In this document: positions 9,508 through 18,653 of the stretch, in pieces
Numbering within the stretch: position 1 is the stretch's first letter
Layout: the number at the start of each line of letters is the position of its first letter
Source of the DNA: Longimicrobiales bacterium
GTDB taxonomy: Bacteria > Gemmatimonadota > Gemmatimonadetes > Longimicrobiales > RSA9
Reading direction: 5' to 3'
Assembly: GCA_050732635.1 (NCBI GenBank)
Contig: JBOHRE010000002.1
Span: forward strand, 22,896-86,895
DNA length: 64,000 bases
Position numbers and translations under genes: made by a program
The notes under the pieces: model-generated
Seen by the model: the letters and a program-made list of their open reading frames with translations, nothing else
Database searches by the model: none
Told to the model about the DNA's origin: nothing

Positions 9508-10115
9508 CGGAGACCGGCAAAACGCTCCGGGAGGAGCACCCAGTGACGCTGGCGATCACCGGTGCATCCGGCGCGGCATACGGCGTTCGCTTGCTGCAGG
9601 CGTTGAACGCAGCCGGGACGCCCGTCCGACTGATCGTCTCTCCGACCGGGTGGCGACTCCTGGCGCAGGAGCTCGAAATCGCTGATGAGGCGTCGCTGCG
9701 GTCGCACACGGGTGACTGGGCGCGGGTCGTGCGTTACGAGGATCGGGACCGTGGCGCGACACCGGCATCCGGATCGGCGCCGTCGCGCGGCATGGTGATC
9801 TGTCCCTGCTCGATGGGAACCCTAGCCAGCATCGCACAGGGCACCACGCGTTCACTGATCGAGCGCGCCGCAGATGTGTGCCTGAAAGAGCGGCGGCCGC
9901 TTCTGGTGATACCGCGCGAGACACCCTACTCCGCGATCCACCTCGAGAACATGTTGCGGCTCACGCGCGCCGGCGCCGTCGTGCTGCCGGCATCGCCGGG
10001 CTTCTATCATCGGCCGACGCGCATCGAGGAGCTCATCGACTTCGTCGTCGCTCGCGTGCTGGACCACCTGGATGTCGAGCACGCGTTGTCGCGCCCCTGG
10101 GCCGGGGGGGAATGA
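9504..10115 (+). CDS. ubiX: flavin prenyltransferase UbiX
   Basis: ITGASGAAYGVRLL, CPCSMGTLASIAQG and VIPRETPYS motifs. ATGA overlap with the ubiA-family stop. Confidence 0.9.
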   Translation: MTETGKTLREEHPVTLAITGASGAAYGVRLLQALNAAGTPVRLIVSPTGWRLLAQELEIADEASLRSHTGDWARVVRYEDRDRGATPASGSAPSRGMVICPCSMGTLASIAQGTTRSLIERAADVCLKERRPLLVIPRETPYSAIHLENMLRLTRAGAVVLPASPGFYHRPTRIEELIDFVVARVLDHLDVEHALSRPWAGGE

Positions 10116-10582
10116 TCCGGATAGGACTGATCAGCGACACGCACGGTCTGCTGCGCAACAGCGTGTTCGGTGCCTTCGACGAGGTCGAGCGCATCCTCCA
10201 CGCGGGCGACATCGGCGATGTTGCGATTCTCGACCAGCTCGCGCTCCTGGCGCCCGTCAGCGCCGTCTACGGCAACACGGACAGCGCTGAAATCCGTGGC
10301 CGCGTGCGCGAGCGCCTTGCGCTGGAGATCGAGGGTCGGCATGTCCTGCTGACCCACGGCCACGAGCTCGGCGTGCCCCGGCCGGCCGCGCTACGGGCGG
10401 CCTACCCTGAAGCGGACGTCATCGTCTTCGGTCATACGCATCGCCGCCTGGAGGACCGCGACGGCGCGAGTCTCGTCGTCAATCCCGGAGCGGCGGGGGC
10501 GGCACGTTTCCGGCTCGAGCCGAGCGTCGCGCTACTCGAACTCGAGCGCTCGTCGACCCGCGTGCGTTTCGTCGATCTCTGA
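10112..10582 (+). CDS. YfcE/MJ0936-family metallophosphoesterase
   Basis: MIRIGLISDTHG, HAGDIGD, GNTD, THGH and GHTH motifs. ATGA overlap with the ubiX stop. Confidence 0.85.
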   Translation: MIRIGLISDTHGLLRNSVFGAFDEVERILHAGDIGDVAILDQLALLAPVSAVYGNTDSAEIRGRVRERLALEIEGRHVLLTHGHELGVPRPAALRAAYPEADVIVFGHTHRRLEDRDGASLVVNPGAAGAARFRLEPSVALLELERSSTRVRFVDL

Positions 10583-10590
10583 GCGGGCCG

Positions 10591-11715
10591 TCATGGCGAG
10601 GCGCTGTTGGGCCGCTTCGCATGGCCGAGCCCGGTTCCGGCGCACGCAGCAGGCAGCGGCACCGTCCGGGCGCGTTCCTCCGGCCGGAACCTGAACCAGC
10701 GTGCGACGAGCATCATCTCCGCGACCTGATCGGCGTCGAGACGATCCAGGCGCGGGTCCGGCTGTCGCGCAGCACGCCGGAGCTCGCGCTCGGCCGCTCG
10801 TCGTTCCGCCGCTGTTCGCACGGGCCCGAACGCGCGCGCGACGATCCCCGAGCGGATCACGTAACTGCGCGCTCCATCGAAGCCGTCGACCCGGTACAGA
10901 AATGACAGCGAGGCGAGCTCCTGGCGCAGGCGTACGATCTCGTCGCGCGCATTTGCCAGGCGATCCCAGCGGTCGCGGAGCTGCGCGGCATACTCGTAAT
11001 GCATGCCAGCGGCAGCAGCCTGCATACGGGCTCGCAGCAGATCGAGGGGCGCGTCGCTCATGCCGTTCAGGAACGCGCGAGCCAGCGCGACACGGTCGTG
11101 GTAGGTGGCCTCGGTACAGCCGCTCGCGCACGGAGCGAGGCAGCGCAAGGTTTCGGCACGCCAGCAGCGCGGCGGATCCGGCTGCGTCCTGAACAGCTCG
11201 TACTGATCGGCGAAGCGCAGCGCCACGCGGCTCGGACAATCGGCGAGCTCGAGCAGGTCGTTGAGCTCGCGCACCACCGCGGCAGCGCGCAGACGCCCGC
11301 GCACTGGGCCGAAGACGCCACGATTGCGCGGCGTCGGCTGCGCGACGGCCAGCACGCGGGCGGCCGGCTGCGCACTGATCTGCAGGAACGCCAGGCCGGG
11401 CTGGTTCTTCTGGTGCACGTTTAGCGGCGGCCGAAAGCGTCGGATCAGGCGAAGCTCCTCGAGTAGCGCCGCGAACTCGTCGTTCACGTAGGTCCAGGCG
11501 ATGCGCTCGGTGTGCGTGATGATCTCGGAAGCCTTCTGGTCGGCTGGCGCGCACAGGTATGACAGCAAACGTGACCGGACGCGGATGGACTTGCCGACGT
11601 AAAGCACCATTCCGGCCGGGCCGAGCATGCGGTATACGGCGGGCCGGTTCTCGGCATGGGTGCGCACCTGCTCGCGCAGCGCGGCGCGCTGCCCCACACC
11701 GGTCAACGCTGGCAT
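10591..11715 (-). CDS. GIY-YIG nuclease, UvrC N-terminal-half homologue (Cho-like)
   Basis: 374 aa. GIY-YIG (VYRMLGPAGMVLYVGKS). Cys cluster DCP..RCW..RCLAPCASGC. UVR-like YEYAAQLRDRWDRL. There is no C-terminal endonuclease/HhH region. Confidence 0.75.
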   Translation of the reverse strand: MPALTGVGQRAALREQVRTHAENRPAVYRMLGPAGMVLYVGKSIRVRSRLLSYLCAPADQKASEIITHTERIAWTYVNDEFAALLEELRLIRRFRPPLNVHQKNQPGLAFLQISAQPAARVLAVAQPTPRNRGVFGPVRGRLRAAAVVRELNDLLELADCPSRVALRFADQYELFRTQPDPPRCWRAETLRCLAPCASGCTEATYHDRVALARAFLNGMSDAPLDLLRARMQAAAAGMHYEYAAQLRDRWDRLANARDEIVRLRQELASLSFLYRVDGFDGARSYVIRSGIVARAFGPVRTAAERRAAERELRRAARQPDPRLDRLDADQVAEMMLVARWFRFRPEERARTVPLPAACAGTGLGHAKRPNSASP

Positions 11716-12527
11716 TGCGGGCAGTAGAAGGCGGAGCGGTTCGAGAGTACCGCGCGCTTGATTGCGGTGCCGCAGGTCGTGCAGGGCTGTCCCGCGCGGT
11801 CGTAGACGCGTAACCGAGGCTCGTAGCCGCCGGGGTCACCCTGCGCGTCGCGGTAGTCACGGAACGTCGTGCCGCGCGCGCCGATCGCCTCAGCGAGCAC
11901 CTCTCGCAGCGTCTCGCGCAGCCGCCGCGTATCCTCGCGGCGCAGTGTGTTCGCGCGCCGGCTCGGCCGGACGCCGGCCCGAAACAGCGCCTCGTTCGCG
12001 TAGATGTTGCCGATCCCGGCGACGCGACGTTGATCGAGCAGCCAGTTGCGGATGGGCGAGCGCGACGTGCGGGTCAACGCATGCAGTCGTTCGGGCGTGA
12101 ATTCGTCCTCGAGCGGTTCGACGCCCAGCTCCGTGGTTCGCAGCGCCCAATCGCCGGGCGTGTACACATCGACGCGCCCGAATCGGCGCACGTCATCGAA
12201 CAGCAGCTCGGTCTCGTTGTCGAGCTGAAAGCGCACGGTCACGTGAGCCATGCCGGCGGCGGCCGGTGCGTCGGAGGTGAGCAGGCGACCGGTCATGCCG
12301 AGGTTGAACGCCAACACGGGCCCTTCCGCCAGCCGGAGCAGGACATTCTTGCCGCGGCGCTCCACGGCGGCGAGCGTGGCGCCTGCGACCGCATCATGCA
12401 GCCGCTCGGGATCCGTGGTACGGCCCAACACGTCCGGGTGGCGAACCGCGACGCTCAGGATGCGGCGGCCCAGTAGTCTGGGTCGCAGGTCGCGGACGAT
12501 CGTCTCGGCTTCGGGCAGCTCCGGCAT
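11703..12527 (-). CDS. mutM: formamidopyrimidine-DNA glycosylase
   Basis: MPELPEAETI N-terminus. C-terminal zinc finger CTTCG...YCPQCQ. Confidence 0.92.
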   Translation of the reverse strand: MPELPEAETIVRDLRPRLLGRRILSVAVRHPDVLGRTTDPERLHDAVAGATLAAVERRGKNVLLRLAEGPVLAFNLGMTGRLLTSDAPAAAGMAHVTVRFQLDNETELLFDDVRRFGRVDVYTPGDWALRTTELGVEPLEDEFTPERLHALTRTSRSPIRNWLLDQRRVAGIGNIYANEALFRAGVRPSRRANTLRREDTRRLRETLREVLAEAIGARGTTFRDYRDAQGDPGGYEPRLRVYDRAGQPCTTCGTAIKRAVLSNRSAFYCPQCQR

Positions 12528-12530
12528 CGC

Positions 12531-13811
12531 TCACTGCGCGACGAGTGCTCGCCAACCGATGTCCTGGCGATAGTGGCGTCCCTCGAACCGAATCGCCGCC
12601 GCGGCGGCGCGGCTTCGGCTCGCCGCCTCGGCCAGCGTTGGAGCCAGCGCGGTCACCGACAGCACGCGACCGCCAGCGGTGACCAGCCGGCCCTGCTCGT
12701 CACGCTTCGTGCCCGCGTGAAAGACGACTACGTCCTCGGCCGTTTCCACGTCTTCGGGAATTCGAATCGGCTTACCTGTGTCGTAGTGCCCGGGATATCC
12801 GCGCGAAGCCAGCACCGTGGTCAGCGCGGCCCCCGGCCTCCAGCGCATGGGCTCAGCAGGGAGCGGCTCGCCTCGGGCGATCGAAAGCATCGGCTCCAGG
12901 AGCGACGACTTCAGCAGGGGCAGGAGCGCCTGCGTTTCCGGATCGCCGAAGCGAGCATTGAACTCGATCACCACGGGTCCGGCCGCCGTTTCCATGAGAC
13001 CGGCGTACAGCAAGCCCGTGAACGGGCAGCCATCGTCACGCAGCGCCGCGAGCGTAGGGAGGAACACACGCTCGCGGACGCTGTCCAGGAAATCGGCGGC
13101 GAGCCGCGCCACCGGAGCGTAGGCGCCCATGCCGCCCGTGTTGGGTCCGGTCTCGGCCTCGCCCACACGCTTGTGGTCCTGCGCCGGAAGCAGCGGCAGG
13201 ACGCCGTGCCCGTCCGTCAGGGCGAAAACGGACACCTCCTCGCCTTCGAGCCGCTCCTCGATCACGATCTCGGCGCCCGCCTCGCCGAAGTCGCCGCGGA
13301 CCAGCATTGCCCGGCTCGCCATGACCGCATCCTCGGGCGTGTCACAGATCACGGCGCCCTTGCCCGCGGCGAGCCCGGAGGCCTTCACCACCAACGGTCG
13401 ATCCTGCGCCCGGATGTAGGCCTCGGCCGCAGTGGCTTCGGTAAATGTACGGTATCCGGCGGTGGGCACGCCAGCCCGCGCCATGAGCTCCTTGGCGTAG
13501 GCCTTCGACGCTTCGATCGCGCTGGCGGCGCGGGTCGGGCCGAAGACAGGGATGCCATGGCGGGTCAGGACATCGACGATACCGGCGGCCAAGGGCGCCT
13601 CGGGACCGATCACCACGAGGTCGACGCGCTGGTTTTCAGCCCACCCGGCGATCGGCTGCAGCTCGGTGACGTCGAGGGGGAGGGCCCGGGCAAGGCCGTG
13701 TGTGCCGCCGTTGCCTCGGGTGACGAACAGCTCGGCGTCCGGCGCATCGCGGCGCAGCTTCCAGAGCAGGGCGTGCTCGCGACCGCCGTTGCCGACCACC
13801 AGAACTTTCAT
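12531..13811 (-). CDS. purD: phosphoribosylamine-glycine ligase
   Basis: MKVLVVGNGGREHALLWKL, and an ATP-grasp architecture throughout the 426 aa. Confidence 0.95.
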   Translation of the reverse strand: MKVLVVGNGGREHALLWKLRRDAPDAELFVTRGNGGTHGLARALPLDVTELQPIAGWAENQRVDLVVIGPEAPLAAGIVDVLTRHGIPVFGPTRAASAIEASKAYAKELMARAGVPTAGYRTFTEATAAEAYIRAQDRPLVVKASGLAAGKGAVICDTPEDAVMASRAMLVRGDFGEAGAEIVIEERLEGEEVSVFALTDGHGVLPLLPAQDHKRVGEAETGPNTGGMGAYAPVARLAADFLDSVRERVFLPTLAALRDDGCPFTGLLYAGLMETAAGPVVIEFNARFGDPETQALLPLLKSSLLEPMLSIARGEPLPAEPMRWRPGAALTTVLASRGYPGHYDTGKPIRIPEDVETAEDVVVFHAGTKRDEQGRLVTAGGRVLSVTALAPTLAEAASRSRAAAAAIRFEGRHYRQDIGWRALVAQ

Positions 13812-13909
13812 GCGAGCGGGACCGGGAAGGGAAGCGGGATCGCGCGCGACGCTCCCATGGTGCGGCTCGGTCGGCGATCGCGCAAACCGCCGCGGCGGAT
13901 GTCCGGATT

Positions 13910-14887
13910 CTACGTTTTCCAGCCGTCGGTGAAGGCGTCGCGCATGCGGCGCGCGGCATCGCCGACGTGTGACGCAAAGGAGCCGGCATCCTCGGCGTAC
14001 GCGCGGGCGGCGGAGGCCATATCCTGCGTGTAGGGACTGCGTTCATCGCCGCGGCGGCGATACTCGCCGCGGAGCACGCGGTCGTACTGGCCCTCCTGGA
14101 TCCAGTCGCGGAGTTCCGCCACGCGCAGAACCGGGAAGGGGTGCGTGGCGAGGAGCAGGTTGAGGACCTTGAAGACGGAATCGGCGACGTCGCCGCTCTC
14201 GCGATACTCTTCGGCCTGTCGCATGAACTCGCCGAGGTCGAGCTCATCGGCGTTGCCGCCACCGGCGAGCTTCATGAACGTCCACATTGCGGCGTCGGGT
14301 TTCTGCGAGGCGAGCAGCCCGGCGCGGTCAGCAGACAGCTCGCTCTTGCGGCTCCACTCGAGAAGCCCGATGAGCACGCCTCTGGCGGCCAGTCCGACGA
14401 TCGGGAATCCGGCGGTGGCCAGGCGCAGCAGCAGCACCATCATGGTGCGGTAGAGGACATGCCCCGACATGATGTGGCCGAGCTCGTGGCCGAGCAGGAA
14501 GATGAGTTCCTCATCAGCCAGCAGGCGGACCGATCCGGAGTTGAGGATGATGAACGGCTGAGCCATCCCGTAGGCGCCAGCATTGACGATCGGCGTTTGC
14601 GATACGAAGAGCGGATGGTGCGGCGTGTCCATGGTGCGCAGCACGTCCTGATAGTGGGCGTGCAGCTTGGGGAATTGGCGTTCGCTGACGCGCACGGCAT
14701 TCGCCTGGAACGCCAGGCGGATCGGCTTCTCGCCGAAGAAGCCGAACAGCTTGCGCAGCACCTCGTCGAAGGCCGGAATCCTGCGCAGCGCCGCCAGTGC
14801 GGCGCGGTCGGCCGGATGTTCCCAGGATTCGGCGCTGATGTCGTGGAGAATGAGGCGGCCGTCGTGCCGCTCGAGTGATTCGGGCAT
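13910..14887 (-). CDS. M48-family zinc metallopeptidase
   Basis: 325 aa. Contains the HELGHIMSGH zinc motif. Confidence 0.85.
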   Translation of the reverse strand: MPESLERHDGRLILHDISAESWEHPADRAALAALRRIPAFDEVLRKLFGFFGEKPIRLAFQANAVRVSERQFPKLHAHYQDVLRTMDTPHHPLFVSQTPIVNAGAYGMAQPFIILNSGSVRLLADEELIFLLGHELGHIMSGHVLYRTMMVLLLRLATAGFPIVGLAARGVLIGLLEWSRKSELSADRAGLLASQKPDAAMWTFMKLAGGGNADELDLGEFMRQAEEYRESGDVADSVFKVLNLLLATHPFPVLRVAELRDWIQEGQYDRVLRGEYRRRGDERSPYTQDMASAARAYAEDAGSFASHVGDAARRMRDAFTDGWKT

Positions 14888-14949
14888 GGGACTCCGGGTG
14901 TTGGCGTTGGCGGCCGTACGGCTGCGCCGACGCCCTGGTTTCGTGTTTC

Positions 14950-16131
14950 CTAGGCTCGCAGCGCCTGGTCGAGATCCGCGATCAGATCCTCGGCGTCCTC
15001 GATACCGACCGAGAGTCGCACGAGCCCATCGGTGATCCCCATCGCCTCACGCCGCTCCCTGGCGACGGACGCGTGCGTCATGATTGCCGGGTGCCCGATC
15101 AGGCTTTCGACGCCGCCGAGGCTCTCCGCCATGGCGAAGAGGCGCACGTGTTCGATGAGCCGCCGTGCCCGCTCGAGCGAACCCATTTCCAGGCTCAGCA
15201 TGCCGGTAAAGCCGCACATCTGCGACTTCGCCAGCGCGTGCTGCGGGTGCGAGGCCAGCCCGGGGTAGTAGACGTGCTCGACGCCGTCGTGCTGCTCGAG
15301 GAACTCGGCGATGCGCTGCCCGTTGGCGTTGTGCTGCTGCATGCGGACATGGAGCGTCTTGGTGCCGCGCAGCACGAGCCAGCAATCCATCGGGCCGGGT
15401 ACGGCGCCGGCGGCCTTCTGCAGGAACCGCAGCTCATCGGCGATGCCGTCGTGGTTCGTGACGACGATGCCGCCGATGACGTCGGAGTGGCCGTTCAGGT
15501 ATTTCGTGCTCGAGTGAACGACGAGGTCCGCGCCGAGCTCGAGGGGCCGCTGGTTGTACGGTGAAGCGAAGGTGTTGTCGACGCACAGCTGGATGCCCGC
15601 TTCGCGCGCGATCTGCGCAGCGCCGCGTAGATCGGTGATGCGCATCATCGGATTCGTCGGCGTCTCGAGATGGAGCAGTCGCGTCCGCGGGCGTAGTGCG
15701 CGACGCACATTGTCGAGGTCGCGCGAGTCGACGAAACTGAACTCGAGTCCGAGGCGGCTCAAGACGTGTTGGAACATGCGCGTCGTGCCGCCGTAGGTGT
15801 TCTCCTCGGTGACCACATGATCGCCGGCGGAGAGTCGCTTCACCACGGCTTCGATGGCGGCCAGGCCGCTGGCGAAGGCAATGCCGTGCCTGCCGAGCTC
15901 GAGGGCCGCAATGTTGCGCTCCAAGGCTTCGCGCGTGGGATTCTGTACGCGCGCGTACTCGTAACCGGCGCGAGGCTTGCCCAGAGCCTCCTGCACGTAC
16001 GTCGAGGTCTGGTAGATCGGCGGCATGATCGCGCCGGTGGTGGGATCCGGCGCCTGTCCCGCATGGACGGCGCGGGTGCCGAAGCGCTGGCGGGTCTGAT
16101 CATTCATGCGTCCGTCCGGATGAAGTTGCAC
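14950..16131 (-). CDS. PLP-dependent Cys/Met metabolism enzyme (cystathionine gamma-synthase/beta-lyase family)
   Basis: GTRAVHAG, YARVQNPT, and SSTKYLNGHSDV (PLP lysine). An alternative start at 16107 (MNDQT) is possible. Confidence 0.85.
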   Translation of the reverse strand: MQLHPDGRMNDQTRQRFGTRAVHAGQAPDPTTGAIMPPIYQTSTYVQEALGKPRAGYEYARVQNPTREALERNIAALELGRHGIAFASGLAAIEAVVKRLSAGDHVVTEENTYGGTTRMFQHVLSRLGLEFSFVDSRDLDNVRRALRPRTRLLHLETPTNPMMRITDLRGAAQIAREAGIQLCVDNTFASPYNQRPLELGADLVVHSSTKYLNGHSDVIGGIVVTNHDGIADELRFLQKAAGAVPGPMDCWLVLRGTKTLHVRMQQHNANGQRIAEFLEQHDGVEHVYYPGLASHPQHALAKSQMCGFTGMLSLEMGSLERARRLIEHVRLFAMAESLGGVESLIGHPAIMTHASVARERREAMGITDGLVRLSVGIEDAEDLIADLDQALRA

Positions 16132-16150
16132 GGCGAAGAATAGGGGCCGA

Positions 16151-17011
16151 ATGGAGAACGGGGCAAAGTCGGGCGACGCGACCGGAGCCGGCCCAGGGCT
16201 CGCACACGAGGTCGTGATCGCCGAGCAGTCCAGCCCGCTGCAGTGGGTGTACTTCCTTCACGGCATCTTCGGCGCGGGTCGCAACTGGGGCACGGTGGCG
16301 CGGCGTCTGGTCGAGGCGCGGCGGGACGTGGGCGCGGTGCTCGTCGATCTCCGCGAGCACGGCGGCTCGCGCGGCTTCGAGCCGCCCCACACCGTGACCG
16401 CGGCTGCCGGGGACCTCTGCAGGCTCGTGACGGCCACGGGCCGAGCGCCCACGGCCGTGGTCGCTCATTCGTTCGGCGGCAAGGTCGCGCTCGCCTACAC
16501 ACGCGCGTGCGCGCAGGCACCTGATCAGCTCTGGCTGGTGGATGCGACGCCCGCTGCGCGCCCGGAGCCGAGCGGAGACGCCTGGACGCTGCTCGGCATA
16601 CTCCGCTCGCTGCCGGACGAGTTCGAGAGCCGCGACGCGTTGATCGACGCGCTGGGCGAGCACGGCACGGCCCGGCCCGTGGCACAGTGGATCGCGACGA
16701 ACCTGGAGCGCGTCGAGCGGGATGGCGGCGCGACCTACCGCTGGCGCTTCGACCTCGACGCGCTGGAATCGCTGCTGCGTGATTTCTTTCGCGAAGACCT
16801 CACCGGTATCGCCGAAGATCCGCCATCCGGTCTGGAGGTGCACGTCATTCGGGCATCGACGTCGAGCGTGCTCGATGAGGACACGCTCGACCGCCTGGAA
16901 CGCGCGGCTGCGGCGTCGCCCCGCGTCCACCTCCACCGCGTCGAGGGCGGACACTGGCTGAACCTGGACAACCCTGACGCGCTGCTGGAGCTGCTCATCG
17001 GCTCCGTGTAA
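16151..17011 (+). CDS. alpha/beta-fold hydrolase
   Basis: 286 aa. Contains FLHGIFGAGRNW and the nucleophile elbow AHSFGG. Confidence 0.75.
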   Translation: MENGAKSGDATGAGPGLAHEVVIAEQSSPLQWVYFLHGIFGAGRNWGTVARRLVEARRDVGAVLVDLREHGGSRGFEPPHTVTAAAGDLCRLVTATGRAPTAVVAHSFGGKVALAYTRACAQAPDQLWLVDATPAARPEPSGDAWTLLGILRSLPDEFESRDALIDALGEHGTARPVAQWIATNLERVERDGGATYRWRFDLDALESLLRDFFREDLTGIAEDPPSGLEVHVIRASTSSVLDEDTLDRLERAAAASPRVHLHRVEGGHWLNLDNPDALLELLIGSV

Positions 17012-17047
17012 CACGCGAGCTGCAGTCCGCGACAACCGGAGCGTGCG

Positions 17048-17077
17048 TTGACACCGCTGAATGGCGCGCTCTAGCAT
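17048..17077 (+). promoter_or_regulatory. candidate sigma-70 promoter TTGACA-18-TAGCAT
   Basis: Hexamer match only. TTGACA at 17048-17053 and TAGCAT at 17072-17077, upstream of the phosphohexomutase gene. Confidence 0.35.
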
Positions 17078-17119
17078 GGCGCCTGGCGACCGCTCGCAGG
17101 CGGGCAGGGGAGAGGACGA

Positions 17120-18511
17120 TTGGCGGCGAGTCCGATGGCCGATGGGTTGATGGTGAGCGTTTCCGGCGTGCGTGGGCGCGTCGGCGAAGGGCTGACGCCA
17201 GAGGTCGTCGCGGCATTCGCCTCCGCGTTCGCGGCGTGGGCACGCCGGCAGGCGCACGGCGCGGCGACGCGCATCGTGATCGGACGTGACTCGCGTACCT
17301 CGGGGCCGATGTTCCTGCGCGCCGCTGTCAGTGGGCTGCAGTCGGTCGGCTGTGATGTAATCGATGTCGGCCTGGCGCCGACGCCCACCACGCTGATGGC
17401 CGTGCGCCATCACCACGCCGGCGGCGGCATCGTCATCACGGCGAGCCATAATCCGGTTGAATGGAACGCGCTGAAGCTCGCCTCGGCGGAGGGCATGTTT
17501 CTCGATGCCGAGCAGGCCGCCGCCATGCGGACGTTCCTGGATGGTGGCATCAGACGGGCCGGGTGGGACGCGCTGGGCGATGTCGCCACCGATGCGGGCG
17601 CGGTCGACCGCCACCTCGCCGCGGTGCTCCGGCTGCCGTATCTCGACATCGAGGGCCTCCGCAAAAGGCGCTTTCGCGTTGCGCTGGACTGCGTGCATGG
17701 TGCCGGCGCCGTGCTGCTGCCGCGGCTTCTGGAGTCGCTCGGCTGCGAGGTCATCGGCATCGGCCTCGAGCCGGACGGCCGGTTCCAGCGAGAGCCGGAG
17801 CCGGTGGCCGCGAACCTGGGCGCGCTCGAGCGCCTGGTCGTCGAGACCGGCGCGCAGCTGGGAATGGCGACCGACCCGGACGCCGATCGGCTGTCGCTGG
17901 TGAGTGACAAGGGTCAGGCCATCGGCGAAGATCTGACACTGGCGCTCGCAACCCGATTGGTGCTGCGACACGAGCGGGGGTCGGTGGTCGCCAACCTGTC
18001 GACCAGTCGGGTGGTCGAGGACGCGGCCGACGAGGCCGGCGTACCGTTCGTCCGCGCCGCGGTCGGCGAAATCAACGTCGCCAGACGCATGCAGGCAGAG
18101 GGCGCCGTCATCGGCGGAGAGGGCAACGGCGGGGTGATCCTGCCGGTCGTGCACCACACGCGAGACGCGGCCGTGGCTGCAGCGTTGATCCTACAGCTGC
18201 TGCTCGAGACGCAGGTCAGCCTCGCGGAGCACGTGTCCCGCCACCCGAGCTACACGATCGTGAAGGCAAAGCTGCCGCACCGTGGCGACGCGCTCGAGCC
18301 GATCTACACGAGCTTGCAGGCGCGCCTGGCACCGCCAGTCTGCGACCGTCAGGATGGGTTGTGGCTGGCCTGGCCCGAGGAGCGCAAGTGGGTGCACCTG
18401 CGGCCATCGGGAACGGAGCCGATCATCCGCATCATCGCCGAGGCGCCGGTGCGGCAGACGGCCGAGGAGCTGATCGAGATGGCGCGGGTCACGCTGGCGA
18501 GCGGCGCCTGA
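17120..18511 (+). CDS. phosphohexomutase family protein (phosphoglucosamine mutase / phosphomannomutase-like)
   Basis: 463 aa. Active-site loop ITASHNPVEWNALK and metal loop ATDPDADR. It sits directly upstream of glmS, which favours a GlmM role. The start is ambiguous (17120 TTG, 17135 or 17150). Confidence 0.85.
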   Translation: MAASPMADGLMVSVSGVRGRVGEGLTPEVVAAFASAFAAWARRQAHGAATRIVIGRDSRTSGPMFLRAAVSGLQSVGCDVIDVGLAPTPTTLMAVRHHHAGGGIVITASHNPVEWNALKLASAEGMFLDAEQAAAMRTFLDGGIRRAGWDALGDVATDAGAVDRHLAAVLRLPYLDIEGLRKRRFRVALDCVHGAGAVLLPRLLESLGCEVIGIGLEPDGRFQREPEPVAANLGALERLVVETGAQLGMATDPDADRLSLVSDKGQAIGEDLTLALATRLVLRHERGSVVANLSTSRVVEDAADEAGVPFVRAAVGEINVARRMQAEGAVIGGEGNGGVILPVVHHTRDAAVAAALILQLLLETQVSLAEHVSRHPSYTIVKAKLPHRGDALEPIYTSLQARLAPPVCDRQDGLWLAWPEERKWVHLRPSGTEPIIRIIAEAPVRQTAEELIEMARVTLASGA

Positions 18512-18653
18512 CCCACGTCCGCCGAGCCGGCGTGGCGGCCGCTCGGCGCCGCGATCGCATCCGGCCGGCAACTTGCAGTTCTTCGCCACGGGTTCCGATT
18601 ATCCGAGCCTGTGGGTTTCGGTCCCGGAAGCCCGTACCCTACGGAGTACCACG

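Noticed and set aside
13812-13909. Riboswitch (purine/ZTP) upstream of purD
   Set aside because: I could find none of the conserved ZTP or purine aptamer strings in the 98-nt leader.
12573-14033. 486-aa ORF on the plus strand
   Set aside because: It is antisense to purD, which is unambiguous.
16100-18157. 685-aa ORF on the minus strand
   Set aside because: It is antisense to the alpha/beta hydrolase and phosphohexomutase genes, which have clear catalytic motifs. Its composition is low-complexity R/A/G/P-rich.
18512-18653. Possible glmS ribozyme or N-terminal extension of glmS (ORF track starts at 18573)
   Set aside because: I could not find the conserved glmS ribozyme core strings. GlmS needs Cys directly after the initiator Met, so the CDS must start at 18654. 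The region more likely holds a weak promoter (TTGCAG-18-GATTAT) and a short leader.
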